A stretch of 64,000 bases of DNA. Origin: Chiloscyllium plagiosum (taxonomy: Eukaryota). The stretch is from contig NC_057719.1 in NCBI RefSeq assembly GCF_004010195.1, positions 82,531,417 through 82,595,416 of the forward strand, in the 5' to 3' direction. Below the pieces are notes generated by a model that had not been told where the DNA came from, ran no database searches, and saw only the letters and a program-made list of their open reading frames with translations. The first letter of the stretch is position 1, and each line of letters begins with the position of its first letter. The position numbers and the translations under genes are program-made. Shown piece after piece: positions 49,511 through 62,484 of the stretch.

Positions 49511-50643
49511 ACTAACAGTAGGCGAATTCACTAATATTCTTTAGGAAAAGAAGTATGCCGTCCTCACTTCGCCTGGCTGACCTGCGACTCCAGATCCATA
49601 ACACTGCGGTTAATTGTCTACTGCCCTCTGAAATGGCTTCACAAGCCACTCAGCTGTATCAGTTGCTACAAAGTGTTGTCAAAGAAATGAAAGCCAACAG
49701 ATCACCTAGTATTGACCTAGGCACTGGAAACTGCAATAAAAAAACAATTTGTTGACCCTGCAAAGTCATCCTCATTTAGATCTGGAGGTTAGTACCAAAA
49801 TTGAGAGGTCAGAATAGTCGAACAACAGCCTAATATTGTCTGTAAGATATGATTCCATAAGTATGACTATGTCCTAGGCATGACCATCCCTGGATATGTC
49901 CTGTCCCACCGACAGGGCAGAGCAGGTAAAGATGGCAGAACAATGGTTTACAATTGGGAGGGAGTTGCCCTGGGAGTATTGAACATTGACTTCACATCTA
50001 GTGGCTTCAGGTTAAACATGGACAAGGAAACTTCCTGATTACCTCGTACTGTCCTCCCTTGGCTGATGGATCAGTACTCCATGTTGAACAGCACTTGGAG
50101 GAAGCCCTAAGGATGGGAGATTTCAATGTCCACTATCAAGAGTAGTTTGGCAATAGCCCTACTGATTTGAGATGGTTGGGTCCTAAAGCACATAGCTGAT
50201 ACACTAGGTTTGTGGCAGGTAGTGAGAGAACCAAAAAGAGGGACTTGACCTCATCCTTAGCAATCTGGTTGCAAATGCATCTTCCACGTCAGTAACGGTA
50301 AGAGTGGCCACTGTTTAGTCCTTGTGGAGATGAAGTCCTACTTTCACATTGAAAATACCCTCCATCATGTTGTGTGACATGATCATTCTAAATAGGACAG
50401 ACTCTGAACAGATCTACTAACTCAGGACTGGGCATCCATGGGTGCTGTGGGTCATCAACAGCAGCAGAATCATATTCCCAACAAAATCTGCAAATTCATT
50501 GCCATGCATATTCCCCACTCAATCCTGATTCATTGAAAAGTGCAGGAGTATGTCTGGAGCAGCACCATGCAAATCTAAAAATGAGTAATCAACAGGGTGC
50601 AGCGACCAAACAGGACTATTTGTGTGCCAACTTAGCTCTGTTA

Positions 50644-50960
50644 AGATTAGATCAGATTCCCTGCAGTGTGGAAACAGGCCCTTCAGACCAACCAGTCCAC
50701 ACCGACCCTCTGAAGAGTAACCCACCCAGACCCATTTCCCTCTGACTAATGCACCTAACACTATGGGCAATTTAGCATGGCCAATTCACTCGACCTGCAT
50801 ATCTTTGGATTGTGGGAGGAAACCAGAGCACCTGGAGGAAACCCACGCAGACACTGGGAGAATGTGCAAACTCCACACACAGTCACCTGAGGCTGGAGTT
50901 GAACCTGGGACCCTGGCGGTGTGAGGCAGCAGTGCTAACCACTGAACCACTGTGCTGCCC
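50644..50960 (-). mobile_element. tRNA-derived SINE (HE1-like), full length
   Basis: Reverse complement gggcagcacagtggttcagtggttagcactgctgcctcacaccgccagggtcccaggttcaactcc (A and B boxes), (aatct)n-like tail. Confidence 0.9.
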
Positions 50961-51333
50961 AGAACTTCCACAACTGAGGGATTAGATCGGAGTTCTTCAG
51001 TCCTGCCACATACAGTTGTGATGGATGTGGATAACTGACTGGAGGAGAGGGCTCCACAGTATCCCTGGAAATCAGTGTAAAAGATAGGACTAAAGCATTT
51101 GCAGCCATCTTCAGCCAGAAGTGCCAACTGGATTATCCATTTCTTCTTCCTCCTCTGGTAGTCCCCAGTACTACCAGTCTTCAGCTAATTCAATTCACTT
51201 CACATAATATCAAGAAATGGTAGGAGACACTGGGTACCGCAAAGGCTATGGGCCTTGACAGCATTCTGGAAATAGTACTGAAGATTTGTGTTCCAGAACT
51301 TGACACTCCTCTAGCCACGCTCGTTCAATACAG

Positions 51334-51403
51334 ATAATTGCTCAGTTGGGAGAGTTTTAGACTGTAGATCTAAAGGTCTCAGGTTCAAACCTGGATTTCA
51401 GCA
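51334..51403 (+). pseudogene. tRNA-Phe-derived pseudogene (anticodon reads GTA)
   Basis: gctcagttgggagag.ttagactg[t]agatctaaaggtc...ggttc...tttcagca matches vertebrate tRNA-Phe(GAA); the acceptor-stem 5' strand is lost and D and T stems carry mismatches. Confidence 0.85.
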
Positions 51404-51428
51404 AAAAAGTGTTTCCTGACTGCGGGGT

Positions 51429-51717
51429 AGGAGCACAGTGGCTCAATGGTTAGCAGTGCTGTCTCACAGTGCCAGGGACCTGAGTTTGATTCCAGCCTCT
51501 GGTAACTGTGTGGAGTTTGCACATTCTCCCTATGTCTGCGTGGATTTTCTCCGGGTGCTCAGGTTTCCTCCTATAATCCAAAGATGTGCAGGTTTGGTGC
51601 ATTAGTCAAGGGTAAATGTAGAGTAATAAGATAGGGCAATGAGCCTGAGTGGGTTACTCTTTGGAGGGTTGGTGTGGATTTGTTGGGCCAAATAGCCTGT
51701 ATCCACACTGTAGAGAT
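51429..51717 (+). mobile_element. tRNA-derived SINE (HE1-like)
   Basis: gcacagtggctcaatggttagcagtgctg head, gtgtggagtttgcacattctcc core, gcctgtatccacactgta tail. Confidence 0.88.
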
Positions 51718-52619
51718 ACAACACTGGCATGTTGTCTATCTGACAATGTGAAACGTTGCCCAGATATGTCCTCTACACAAAAATCGGGACAAATCCTGAC
51801 TTACCAGTTCACTCTTGATCATCAGGTATCACCAATAATGCTACTCAACAGCATCTGCTCAACAATAAATTGCCCAATGATACTCAGTTTGGTTATGCCA
51901 GACCATTCAACCCCTGACCTCATTACAGCCTTGGTTCAAACGTGAACAAAAGAGCTGAATTTCAGAGGCGCAATGCGAGTGACAGTCCTTGACATCAAAG
52001 TTGTGTTTGATCAAGTGTGGTATCAAGGAGCCCTTGCAAAACTGGAATCAGGGGGCAACTCTCTGCTGGTTGGAGTCAACATAAGAGCATCTAACCATTG
52101 CCATTTGTCAAAACAGTGGCATTACCAGCACTGAAACTCCAAATATCAATACACTGGAGGTTACCCTTGACTTGAAACTGAACTGGACTTGCTACAGAAA
52201 CACAGTGGCTACAAGAGTAGGTTAGAGGCTCGGAATCTTGCAGCAAGTAACTCACCTGACTCCCCAATGCCTATCCACCATTTACAAGACACAAGCCAGG
52301 TGCATGATAGAATACTCCCCTCTTGGCTAGATGGGTGCAGCTCCAAAAATATCCAAGAAGCTTAACAACAACCAGGACAAATCAGCCCATCCACATTGGC
52401 ACTGCATTCACAAGCATCCACCCCATTTACCACTGATGCTCTATTGCTGCAGTGTGTACTCTTTCCAAGATGTACTGCAGAAATTCACCAAAAATCGTTA
52501 GACAGCATCTTCCAAATCAAATACCATTTCTACATGTGGGAACGCTACCACCTGCAGGTTCCCCTCCAAGCCACCCACCATTCTGACTTGGAAATAGATC
52601 ACTGTCACTGGGTTATGTC

Positions 52620-53630
52620 ATGGCCTAGCATTTCCTCCACCCCACCATTGCCGTCAAGACAGGGAACAATCTGGGCTCAATGAAGAGTGCAGGAGGACAA
52701 GCCAGAACAGAGAATTCCTACCTAAAATGAGATATTTATCTGGGGCAGCTACAGCACAGGATTACTTCCATGCTACTTCTGTTTGGCATGCCATTGAGCT
52801 AAGCAATTCATTACTAAAAGGATTGGTACAAAGGTCTTGGTTCTGCTTAAGGGCAATCAGCGATAGGCAATAAATGCTGCCCAGGTCTGATGGATGAATA
52901 AACAAAGGTACAGTCTCTTCCAGCCATAAATAATGGTGACGAACAAAAAGCTCACTGGAGCTGGAGGGGATAAGTTAAATTTGCATCAAAACTGCCAGGT
53001 TGTAATTATCTCCGAGAGAACCTAACCATCTGTCCCTGATGTTCAGTGGCATTACCATTGTTAAATTCCCTACTAGCAAAGAGTTTGTCTTCACTAGAAA
53101 CTGAACTCTGTGAACCAAATCAATGTTGTGCTATAAGAGCAAGTCAAGGACTAGGAATTCTGTGGCAAGTCGCTGGCCTCCTCTTTCCCCAGTGGTGGTT
53201 CACCATTTACAAGGCACAAGTTAGGAGCCCCGTGGAGTACTCCAACCCACCTGACTGAATGCAGCTCCAACAACACTCAGGAAGCTTGACACCATCCAGA
53301 TAAAGAAGTCTACTTGATTAGCACCACATTCAGCACATTAACCATTATTCACCCCTTCCCATGCATTTGACTTATACTATTAGAAGGGTTGGGGCAGCAG
53401 GTATATGAGAACGCCATTGTGTGTAAGATCCCCTTCAGGCTGCTCACTGCCCTGACTTGGAATTTTACCGCTGTTCATTCACATCAGTGTCAAAATGCTG
53501 GAACTCCTTTTCATACTAACATTGAGTGTAACTGTGCCCTAAGACTGCAGTGGTTTAAGAAGGCAACACACCCCTGGCACAGTTTTCAAGAATAATTACA
53601 AATGACCCCCACAACCCATGAATAAATTTG
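52620..53630 (+). mobile_element. Further fragments of the second LINE family including 3' tails
   Basis: aagggcaatcagcgataggcaataaatgctg (~52850) and actgcagtggtttaagaaggca (~53545) tails; TIYKAQVRS motif. Confidence 0.65.
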
Positions 53631-54595
53631 ACAAACGCCGTCACTCACCTTGATCACTCGTAAGCTCATTTAATATTTTCCCCCAGCAATATAATCAGCT
53701 ACTTTGTGCCAAATTCCTGATATTGACCTCTCTGACAAACTGCTTCCTTTTGTTTCAAAGCACTTGGAAAAACCTCCTAGCCCACCTGTGGAAAATCAAT
53801 GCTGTTGTCCTTACGTGTACAACTTTAAGGTTCCTGCAGTAATTTGGAGAATCTAGGGAATACTTTTTCTGTATCATTTTCTCAGATATGACCTTTGGCT
53901 ATTTATTCATTGGATGCAGATGTTACTCATTACCTGCTGCCCCAACCCTTCTAATAGTAGAAGGCCTCATTTGTCATCAACCCATTAACAAAGATGGTGG
54001 TGAGCAGCTGCCTTGAAGTGTTGCAGTCCATGGGAGGTTAAGAATAACCGCAGTGCTTCCAAGAAGGGAGTTCTCGGTTTTTCAACACAGCGGTAGTATT
54101 GGAATGGCGTTAAGACTGCAAAGCCGGATGGTTTATGGCTTGGAGGGGAATTGGAATATTGTGGTGTTTTCATTCATGTGCTGCCCTTGCCAGTCTTGCT
54201 CACTATCTCCTAGACACGTTGTTCCTCCTGCATGTAGAACAGCCCTATCCTTTCAGTATTGCAGATTGACTTTAATAAGTTCGAGCCTAGCAGAAACCTA
54301 GGCACACTACTGAGTCATCATGAAGTTTACTTCCTACCTGTGTCTCAAATTCATGCAGTTTCCTGATGCTTGGTGGGTGTTTAATCTATTTTCATTGCTC
54401 CTTGTTAATAAACATCCAACTAGTACTTCTGAAGTATTTGGGGTGAATCTTCTATATCCGTGGTGCATCATTGGCCCAAATATGTGATGGTACTACATTA
54501 ATTACTTTGACATTAAATATGAACTCGCAATGTTTTTGCCTTTGTTACTTAATCTTGAGCTGTAAATGAGCTTTTCCTTCTCTCTGTCTCTCCAG

Positions 54596-54802
54596 GCATT
54601 GCTTTAGTTACTATCCAAGTGCAGGGCTTGCCGGTTCCATTTCAGGTAAACAATGCTACTGTTGAGGGGTCTCACAGTTCCGCAGGGAAAACATCTGCAC
54701 TCTTGAGAACCAGACCTCCTGGGACTGAAGTGGTAGGTTCTGGTGCAGCTGATGTCATGCAAGGGAAAGAACCCAAGTCTGAAGCTTCAGCAGATTCACT
54801 TG
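54596..54802 (+). CDS. MGA: MGA penultimate coding exon (phase 1-1)
   Basis: Long pyrimidine tract + tccag/GC, TTG/gtaaga donor; GIALVTIQVQGLPVPFQVNN. Confidence 0.9.
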
Positions 54803-55309
54803 GTAAGAAATATTTCATGTACTTTGTTGTATGTTTTCTACAGAATGTTTTAGAATGCCACTGTGTAACCTTGTAATCGTTTCAGGATTGCATTTTACTC
54901 CTCGCTGTCCTTCAAAAGGAGAACAGAAATGTGACCTGTTGAAAGTACTAAACTCCAGACCGCTGTGTGTCAGGGAGTGTATTGCCCAACATTTCTGGGG
55001 AATTAAAAAGCAGTTTAAAAGTCTTACTGGGGGACTCGGCAGTAACAGATTCTGACAAACACTGCTGTACACCCCCACCAGTTTCTTCAGCACAGAAATG
55101 ACATCTGAAGATACATTGTTTATATGGATTATGAGAGATCCTAACCCCTCTCCATCAATCATTTGAATCAGAATTGAGTTTGACTTGGTACTTTGGATTT
55201 CAGTTAAGTTTTATAAATAATCATCCTAACATTTAAAATCAGTTTTGCTAATAATTTAAGGTCAGCATGATTAGGGTTAGATCAGTGCATGACAGATGTT
55301 TGACTGACA

Positions 55310-55920
55310 TAAGAAATAGCAGTAAGTCATTCAGTATCTTGAGCCCACTCTACTATTCAGTGAGCTCATGGCTGGTCTGAATGTAGGCTAGCTCCCATAC
55401 CTGCCTGCTCCATGAACCTCTGACTCTTGTCAATCCAAACAATCTGTTTAGCTCAGCCTTGAATATATTCAATGACCCACATGCCACTTTTCACCTGAGG
55501 AAGAGAATTCCACACACGAATGACCCTCTGGAAAAAAGAAATTCATCCTTGACTTTTAAACTGCGAGACTCCTGAATTTGAAACTGTGCCCCCTTGTTTT
55601 AGATTCCACCTACCCTATCAAGTCCTCTCAGAAGCTAATTCTACTAAACTCCAAAAAATATAGACCCAGCTGAAGCTTTCCTCATAAAAGAAATTCCTCA
55701 TTTCAGAAATCATCATCCAAATAACTTCTCTTGAACTGTTTCTAATGCAAGTATGTCCCTCCTTTAAATAAGGTGACTAAAACTGTACATAGTGCTCAAA
55801 GTTGTGGTCTCACCGACGCCCTGTACAGTTTTTTTGCATTTTATATTTCATCATTGTTGCCGTAAAAGCCAATATTCCATTTGTCTTCCTGATTACTTGC
55901 TGTACATGCTAACTTTTTGT
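55310..55920 (-). mobile_element. Old CR1 3' fragment
   Basis: cataagaaatagcagta tail (reverse) and CR1 C-terminal similarity. Confidence 0.65.
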
Positions 55921-55964
55921 ACAAGGTGGGCAAAGTTCCTGTACACACTTTTCAAGTAATTCTT

Positions 55965-58932
55965 GGTTTGAGATGTTATTGGATAGGCTAACATTCTTTT
56001 GCCTGTGATTAACTGCCCTGGCGAAGGTAGTAGTGAGCTATTGTCTTAAACCTCTGCCAGTTTTGGAGTGTAGGTACACCCACAGAGCTGATAAGAAAGG
56101 AGATCCAGGAGTTTGAACCAGCAACAGTGAAAGAATGACAATATGGTTCTAGGTCATGATGCACAGTTTGGAGGGAAATTTGCAGATAGTGGTGTTCCCA
56201 TGCATTTACTGTCCTTGTCCTCCTAGGTAGTGGAGGTTTTTAAAAATCATTTTGTGGGATGTGGGTGTCACTGGCTGGATGATCATTTATTACCCATCCC
56301 CACTTGCCCTTGAGAAGTTGGTGGTGAGCTAGCTTCCCTGCTGTGGGTGGGCCCACAATGCCATTAGCAGGGGGGAGTTCCAGCAACAGTGAAGGAACAT
56401 TGATCTATAGGATGGTGAATGACTTAGAGGGGAACTTGAAGGGGTTGTGTTCCCATATATCTGCTGCGCTTGTCCTTCTAGATGAAAGTGGTAATCGGTT
56501 TGGAAGGTGCTCTCTGAGGGTCTTTGGTGAATTTCTGCAGTGCGTCTTGTAGATAGCAACAGTGTGTACTGAGCGTTGAAGATGGAGGGAGTGGATGCAT
56601 GTGAATGTGCCAGTCAAACGGGCTGCTTTGTCTTTGATGGTGTCAAGCTTCTTGAGTGTTGTTGGTTACAAGTTTGGATAATCCTGTTGAGGAATCTTTG
56701 CTAATTAACTGCAATGCATCTTTTAAATTGTTCATATTCCTCTTATGTATCATTGGTAGAGAGAGTGCATATTGGTGGATGCACTGCCAGGCAAATGGAG
56801 AGGCATTCCTGGTTTGTGCAATATAATGGCTTGAGGAAGCAAGAGGTGAGTTACTGTAGAATTTCAAGCTTCTGAGTGACTGACTGGTGTTTTAACCACA
56901 GGACTTATTTGGCATGTCTGGTTCATTTTCTGGTTAGTGGCACCACAGAATGAAGTAGAGGTTTCAGGGATGGTGATCCGACTGAGTATCGAGAGGTGAT
57001 GGTTAAATTCTCACATTGGAAATGTATATTGCCTGACACTTGTATGATACAAATGGTGCTTATGACTTTCAGCTCAAGTCTGGATGGTATTCTGGTCTTG
57101 CTGCATGTGGGCATGGATGCTACAGTATCTGAGGAGGTGTCAATGGTGCTGAACATTGTGTAATTATGAGTGAACACCAGCACTCCTAACATTATGATGG
57201 AGGGAAGGTTATTGAGGAAGCAGCTGACGTGGTTTGGCCTTGGACATCACCCTAAGAAACCCTTGGAGTGATGTCCTGGAGCTGAAAGATTGACCTCCAC
57301 AACCTCCAGCATTTCCTTTGTGACAGGTATTACTCCTTTAATAATTGGAGAGCTTTCGCCTGATTCTCACTGATTTTGCTCAAGTTTCTGGATGCCACAC
57401 TTGGTCAAATGCAGCCTTGATGTTAAGATCAGTCAGTCACCTCTGGAGTTCAGCTCTGATGTCCATGTTTGGGCAAAGATTGTAGTGAGATCAGGAACTG
57501 TGAGACCTTGACAGAACTCAAACTGAGTGAACAGGTTATTGCTTTGTAATGGTTTCTTGATAGCCCTGTTGACAACAAGTTTTCTCATTTTGTTGATGGT
57601 GGGGAATATCTTGTTAAGGCAATAATTGACACGGGTGGAGTTGTCCTGCCTTCCTGCACCAGGGCACTTTTCCACATTGTCACATAAAGGCCAAGGTTGT
57701 AACTCTCTTGGAACAGGTTGGCTCAGAGCATGGTAGTTTTGGTGTACAAATCTTCAGCACTGTTTCCAGGGTGCACACTCTTTGCAATATACTGTGCCTT
57801 CAGCCATTTGACATTGTATGGAGTGAAACAAATTGGTTGACAATTAGATTGGCATCTGTGATGCAGGGGATTTCTGGAAGAGGCTGAGATTAATGACCTG
57901 CTATCTACTCCTGGCTGAAGACTTGCAAATGCTTACCTTTATCTTTTATGTTGATATGTTGGGCTCCTCCATTGTTAAAAATTGGGATGTGGCTCCTCCA
58001 TTGTTAAAAATTGGGATATTCGTGGAGCCATCTCCTCAAGTGAGTTGTCTAATTATCCACCACTGTTCACGACTAGATGTTGCAGGATTGCAGAGCTTGA
58101 ATCTGATCCATTGGTTGTGAAATCACATAGTCCTGTCTAAAGTCTGCTGCTTCCGCAGTTTGGTGCGCGCATAGTCCTGTTGTAGCTTCATCAAGTTTGG
58201 GTATACCAAAAAAATGGAGTACATTGTTGCTCTTAGTATCCCCTCCTACGTTCTTCTTTGAACCAGGGTTGATTTCCTAGCTTGAAAATCATAGTGAAGT
58301 AGGAGATATGCTGGGTCATAAGAGCGCAGATTGTGGTTGAGTACAGTTCTGCTGTTGATGGCCCATAATGTCTCTTGGATGCGTAGTTTTGATTTGCTAG
58401 ATCAGCTTGAAATTGATTTCATTTAGCAAGATGGTTCTAACACGGGTGGTTCTAACTGTGAAGGTCAACCTGGTCTCCGCCAGGATTGTGCAAAGGTCAA
58501 TCTTAACAGCACTGCCATGAATGGACACGACTGCACACTTGGATTTGTGGGACGAAGTCGAGTAGTTGTTTTCCAATGGTTCATTCACCAATTGCTGAAG
58601 ACCCAGTGTATCAGCTATGTCCTTTAGGCTGTGGTCAGCTTACTAAACATTGACTATACTTGAGCTACTCATGGTGATTGACATTAAAGGTCCCCACCCA
58701 GAGAATACAGTATTCTGTGCCCTTATCCTCCGAGAGCACACTATTCAACATGCTGGAGAACTGATGATTGCAAAATCACTGCAGAGGACCATCACCAGCT
58801 GGAGATTTACTTGTCCATGTTTGACTCCTGCCATGAGACATCATGGTATCCAGAGTTAATATTGTGGACTGCTAGACCCACTGATTTCTGACTGAATACC
58901 ATTCCACTCTGACACCTGATAAGTCTGTCCTG
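55965..58932 (-). mobile_element. Second LINE family, minus-strand copies
   Basis: Reverse-complement tails at ~55970 and ~56250; QFEFCQGLTVPDLTTIFAQTWTSELNSRG (RT, 57433-57675) matches the plus copy at 51885-51970. Confidence 0.8.
57962..58019 (+). repeat. 29-bp tandem duplication
   Basis: ggctcctccattgttaaaaattgggat(g/a)t twice. Confidence 0.9.
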
Positions 58933-59771
58933 ATAACAACATAAGAAATAGAAGCAGGAGAAGGGAATTTGGCCCCTCCGGCCTGCTATGGGTTGAATTG
59001 CCCCAGGCCTCAACTTCTGTTTTCATGCCAGCTCTTCAAAGCTCTTTCAAAAATTTATAGATTGTAAATGGTTGAGGCCGAGCACTTATCCATAATATCC
59101 CATTAGTTACACTTTGTCATCCTACAAAAGCCCAATTTTTCCTGACTGTTCCATATTGGTTAGTACACCATCCATGTTAAATAGCACCCCACAAGTAGAT
59201 GCTTTTTATTTGGAACCTTTTCAAATGCCATTTGGAAATCCAAATACAATGACCTACTGGTTCTCTTTATCCACTTTACTTGTAATACCCCAAAGAACTC
59301 CCAGGAAACCTATCAAACGTGACTGGCCTTTTGCAAAACATCCCTGGTTGATAATATTATTATTATTCTTATTTGTCATCATTTGAGGCAATTGGTTACT
59401 GTTGTAATGCTTTAGACTTTGGTGGTTTGATTGCAATGAAGTGATAATACTGGGCAGGTAATTATTCTTGCAATTGTTCACATATTCCTTCTGTTATTAT
59501 TCACTAAGATACTGAATAATGGCCAAAAACTTCACTGGAATGTGAATAGGAAGGTGACTTATTGTGGTTGATGTTGCATACTTCACAGTAAATATTTAAA
59601 GGACAATGGTAGTTAGTAAAATATGTTCCTTTCCTATTCTGTGACTGACAACGTTGAAAGGTTGGAATTACTAGAAAAGGTTTTGTTAGTGTAATTAAAG
59701 TACGCAAAAATGCGGCATGCACAGCATCAGTAAATTCAATGATGTGTTCATTCTTTTCTATCTTATTGCAG

Positions 59772-61081
59772 GTGATAAAAATTCCTCCTTCCTGATGCCA
59801 AGAATAGTGAATGTGACCTCTCTGGCAACTGGAGAATCTCCATCATTGAATGTGCAAGGGATGAATGATTCTTTCGCAGAAGTGGATCCTCAAGCTCTTG
59901 ACTTCAGCATGAAAGGGAGGAAACAAGGAGAACAAGTTTCCAGAGACAGTAAAAGAACATCTGACCTAAGTAACAGCTCAAACATTACTGGAGAGTTCAC
60001 TGTACTTGGTGAAAGTGAGGTCATGCCATTTCTTATTGTATCACCAGAGGCTTCAAAGTCCGAACATCAACAGCAAGCACAGCAGATTGCAGCTTCTCAC
60101 GTAGTGGGTTCTGACAAAATCAATGGATCACCAAAGGCATTGGATCTGTCTTGTTTCCCTGATAAAGCTTCAGTGTCTTCCACAGAAAAGGCCTGGACTA
60201 GAGAGGAAACATCAACTGGGTCAGCACCAACAACTGAAATAATACTTGAAGACAAATTGGAGTTTCAGCTGATGAGCAGTCGGGTGCAGACATGCAACAC
60301 TGGCAAAACTATTGGACTGAGTGACAGGGATGCAGAACTGTCATCACTGTTAAAAGCCAATGGCACAACATCTAGTGAGATGGTGGATACTGATGGCTAT
60401 GAGCCATTCACTTCACTTTTAAATGAGCTTGCATATTTAAACCAGCAGTTCTCTGATGATGAGGAAAATCCAAATGCGTCTTCAATATCTGATCACCAGG
60501 CATTGGGCTTTATTGAGAATGGAAATCGAGGAGACGATATTGATGAATTTTCATTGATCCATGGACCAATAAGATTGGTGGACATTGGTGCTAATGAAGT
60601 CACTGAACTGAAACAGACGTCGGAGAGGGAAAGTGGTGGCTCAAGTAGCCCCCTGGTATTGCAGTTGGAGGGAGAGGAATTGAATGTTGAGCAGTTGCTT
60701 AGCAGCGAGATACCAGTGGGTTCCCAAAATGAGTTGGACGATGGCACACTGGATTTCGAAAGCGATCATGCTTGTGGGGTAAACAGTTCAGTAAATGTTT
60801 CCCCTCCTCCACTTGTACATATGAAGGCAGCCTCACCTTCATCAAACACAGAGGTTCCAAGCAGTTTAGACTTGCTTTGGAGACCAATGCCTAAATTGGC
60901 ACCCCTTGGCTTAATTAGGGTACCTGGAAAGGTTGAATCAGTAACACTGACAGATCATTCTTCAGATAATAACAGGCCTATGCCCGCACTAGCACGGATC
61001 TCATCTCCGCAACACATTAGCACAGAGAGTCCGTGCAGTGTTTCGGGAGAACACTTCAACAATTCCTCTGTGAAAGAGTGA
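59772..61081 (+). CDS. MGA: MGA terminal coding exon to stop codon
   Basis: ttgcag/GT acceptor, phase 1; FLMPRIVNVTSLA, TSLLNELAYLNQQ, SPPPLVHMK and WRPMPKLAPLGL are characteristic MGA C-terminal motifs; TGA at 61079-61081. Confidence 0.96.
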
Positions 61082-62450
61082 TCAAACTGCTACTTCAAAA
61101 TTACTCTCTGCTTGGCCAACTTTTGAGGATTCTCTTCTGAAAGCAAGTACACTTTCGGATCATCTCTCCAATGATTTTAAATATGAAATTGAAATAATTA
61201 TTCTGAATGGAATTAAACTTTGGAGATTTGTGGCGATTGTGCTAGGATTGCTATTAAAATAACCAATGAAGTGTATTAATAATCTGGTATTTCACCAGAT
61301 AATGAATCTAATGTATAGTTTCATCTACAAATCACCATGAATATTGTGGTGATCCCAGAACTGATTGCTGAAATTGAGTATTTTGCCATTTGGTTTTATG
61401 GTGTAGAATCTTCGATTTAAAATCATTTTCTGGACTTTTTGTACAGTTTCTTAACTTGTCACCTTAAGCATAAAGATGCTGAGCATAACTTCCTGGGTGG
61501 GTAATAAACATCTTTTGTATGTAGCTTGTATAGTATAGAGATTGAGCTTTGCTAGAGCAATCATTCATCTGGAGTACAAACTGACTTTGTTTCGGTGGTT
61601 TCGTAAATCTATTTTTCTGAATAGCTGAGGGAGTGTTGGTGCATTTCACATGCACCAGACCTTCCTTTTAGATTTCCTAGTATTTGAATGGAATCTATTG
61701 TGTTGATACAAATGAAAATTAATTGATTATGTTGAGTGCTAAAAGGTTGACAGACGAAATCGGATTTTTGATGTATCTTGAATAATGTGTAAATACTGTG
61801 CTACATATTTTTTAAAAAAATTGTGAAATAGAAATTTCTTAAGTTTTTTTGGTTTTCTTTTGGCAAGATCCCACTATTTTTTTAGAAAAGACACTAACAA
61901 ATCTGAATGGTATCTCTTGTGTATGTGGTTTAAAGGCATGTCTAACCTTGCAATTAAACTAGTTAAACCAGGTACTATATTTACCTTTGACAGACATTGT
62001 ATGCATTGTAATGTTATGTATTGAAGATTGCAATGAAGGGAGTCACTTTCTTGTGTTTCATTTGGATGTTGTTTGGGACTGGAAGACTGTACTTATCGAA
62101 TTGACTCTGAAATGGAATCAGATTACTGAAGAATTTCATTCATTTTCTTGAATGTAGAGACTAAATGGTAGTCCCACTTCATTCTTTCTCCATCACCTGC
62201 TAAGATTCAATTACCAGACCTTTTCATTGATCAATAACAGCAGGTTCAGTTCTGTTCTATGCTGAATGTGAAGCCTCACAAGATATACATTTTCTCATAC
62301 TAACATTTATATGGGGAGAAAAAGTCTACCTTTTGAAAGTTTCGTGCAAGTTATGTACTTTTTCATCACATACTTCTCCTTTTGCAGAATTCTCATCTAA
62401 TGCTTTCTATCTATGTTTAACGTCTTTGAAACAGCAGAATAAGATTTATG
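61082..62450 (+). other. MGA: Probable MGA 3' UTR
   Basis: AT-rich, repeat-free stretch after the stop; AATAAA at 61503-61508 and several ATTAAA. The true end is unknown. Confidence 0.55.
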
Positions 62451-62484
62451 GGCTATAGTCACTAGGTGGCTCTGTGGAATAAGT

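Larger units (their letters stand above)
49522..52620 (+). mobile_element. Second LINE family, long degenerate copy (APE-RT, no ORF1 seen)
   Basis: MKANRSPSIDLGTGN, IWRLVPKL, QQPNIV, YCPP, MGDFNVH, KAMGLDSI, LDIKVVFDQVW motifs in order. Confidence 0.85.

Noticed and set aside
51334-51403. Functional mistranslating tRNA (Phe body with Tyr anticodon)
   Set aside because: The acceptor stem is truncated and the D and T stems are broken, so it is a pseudogene.
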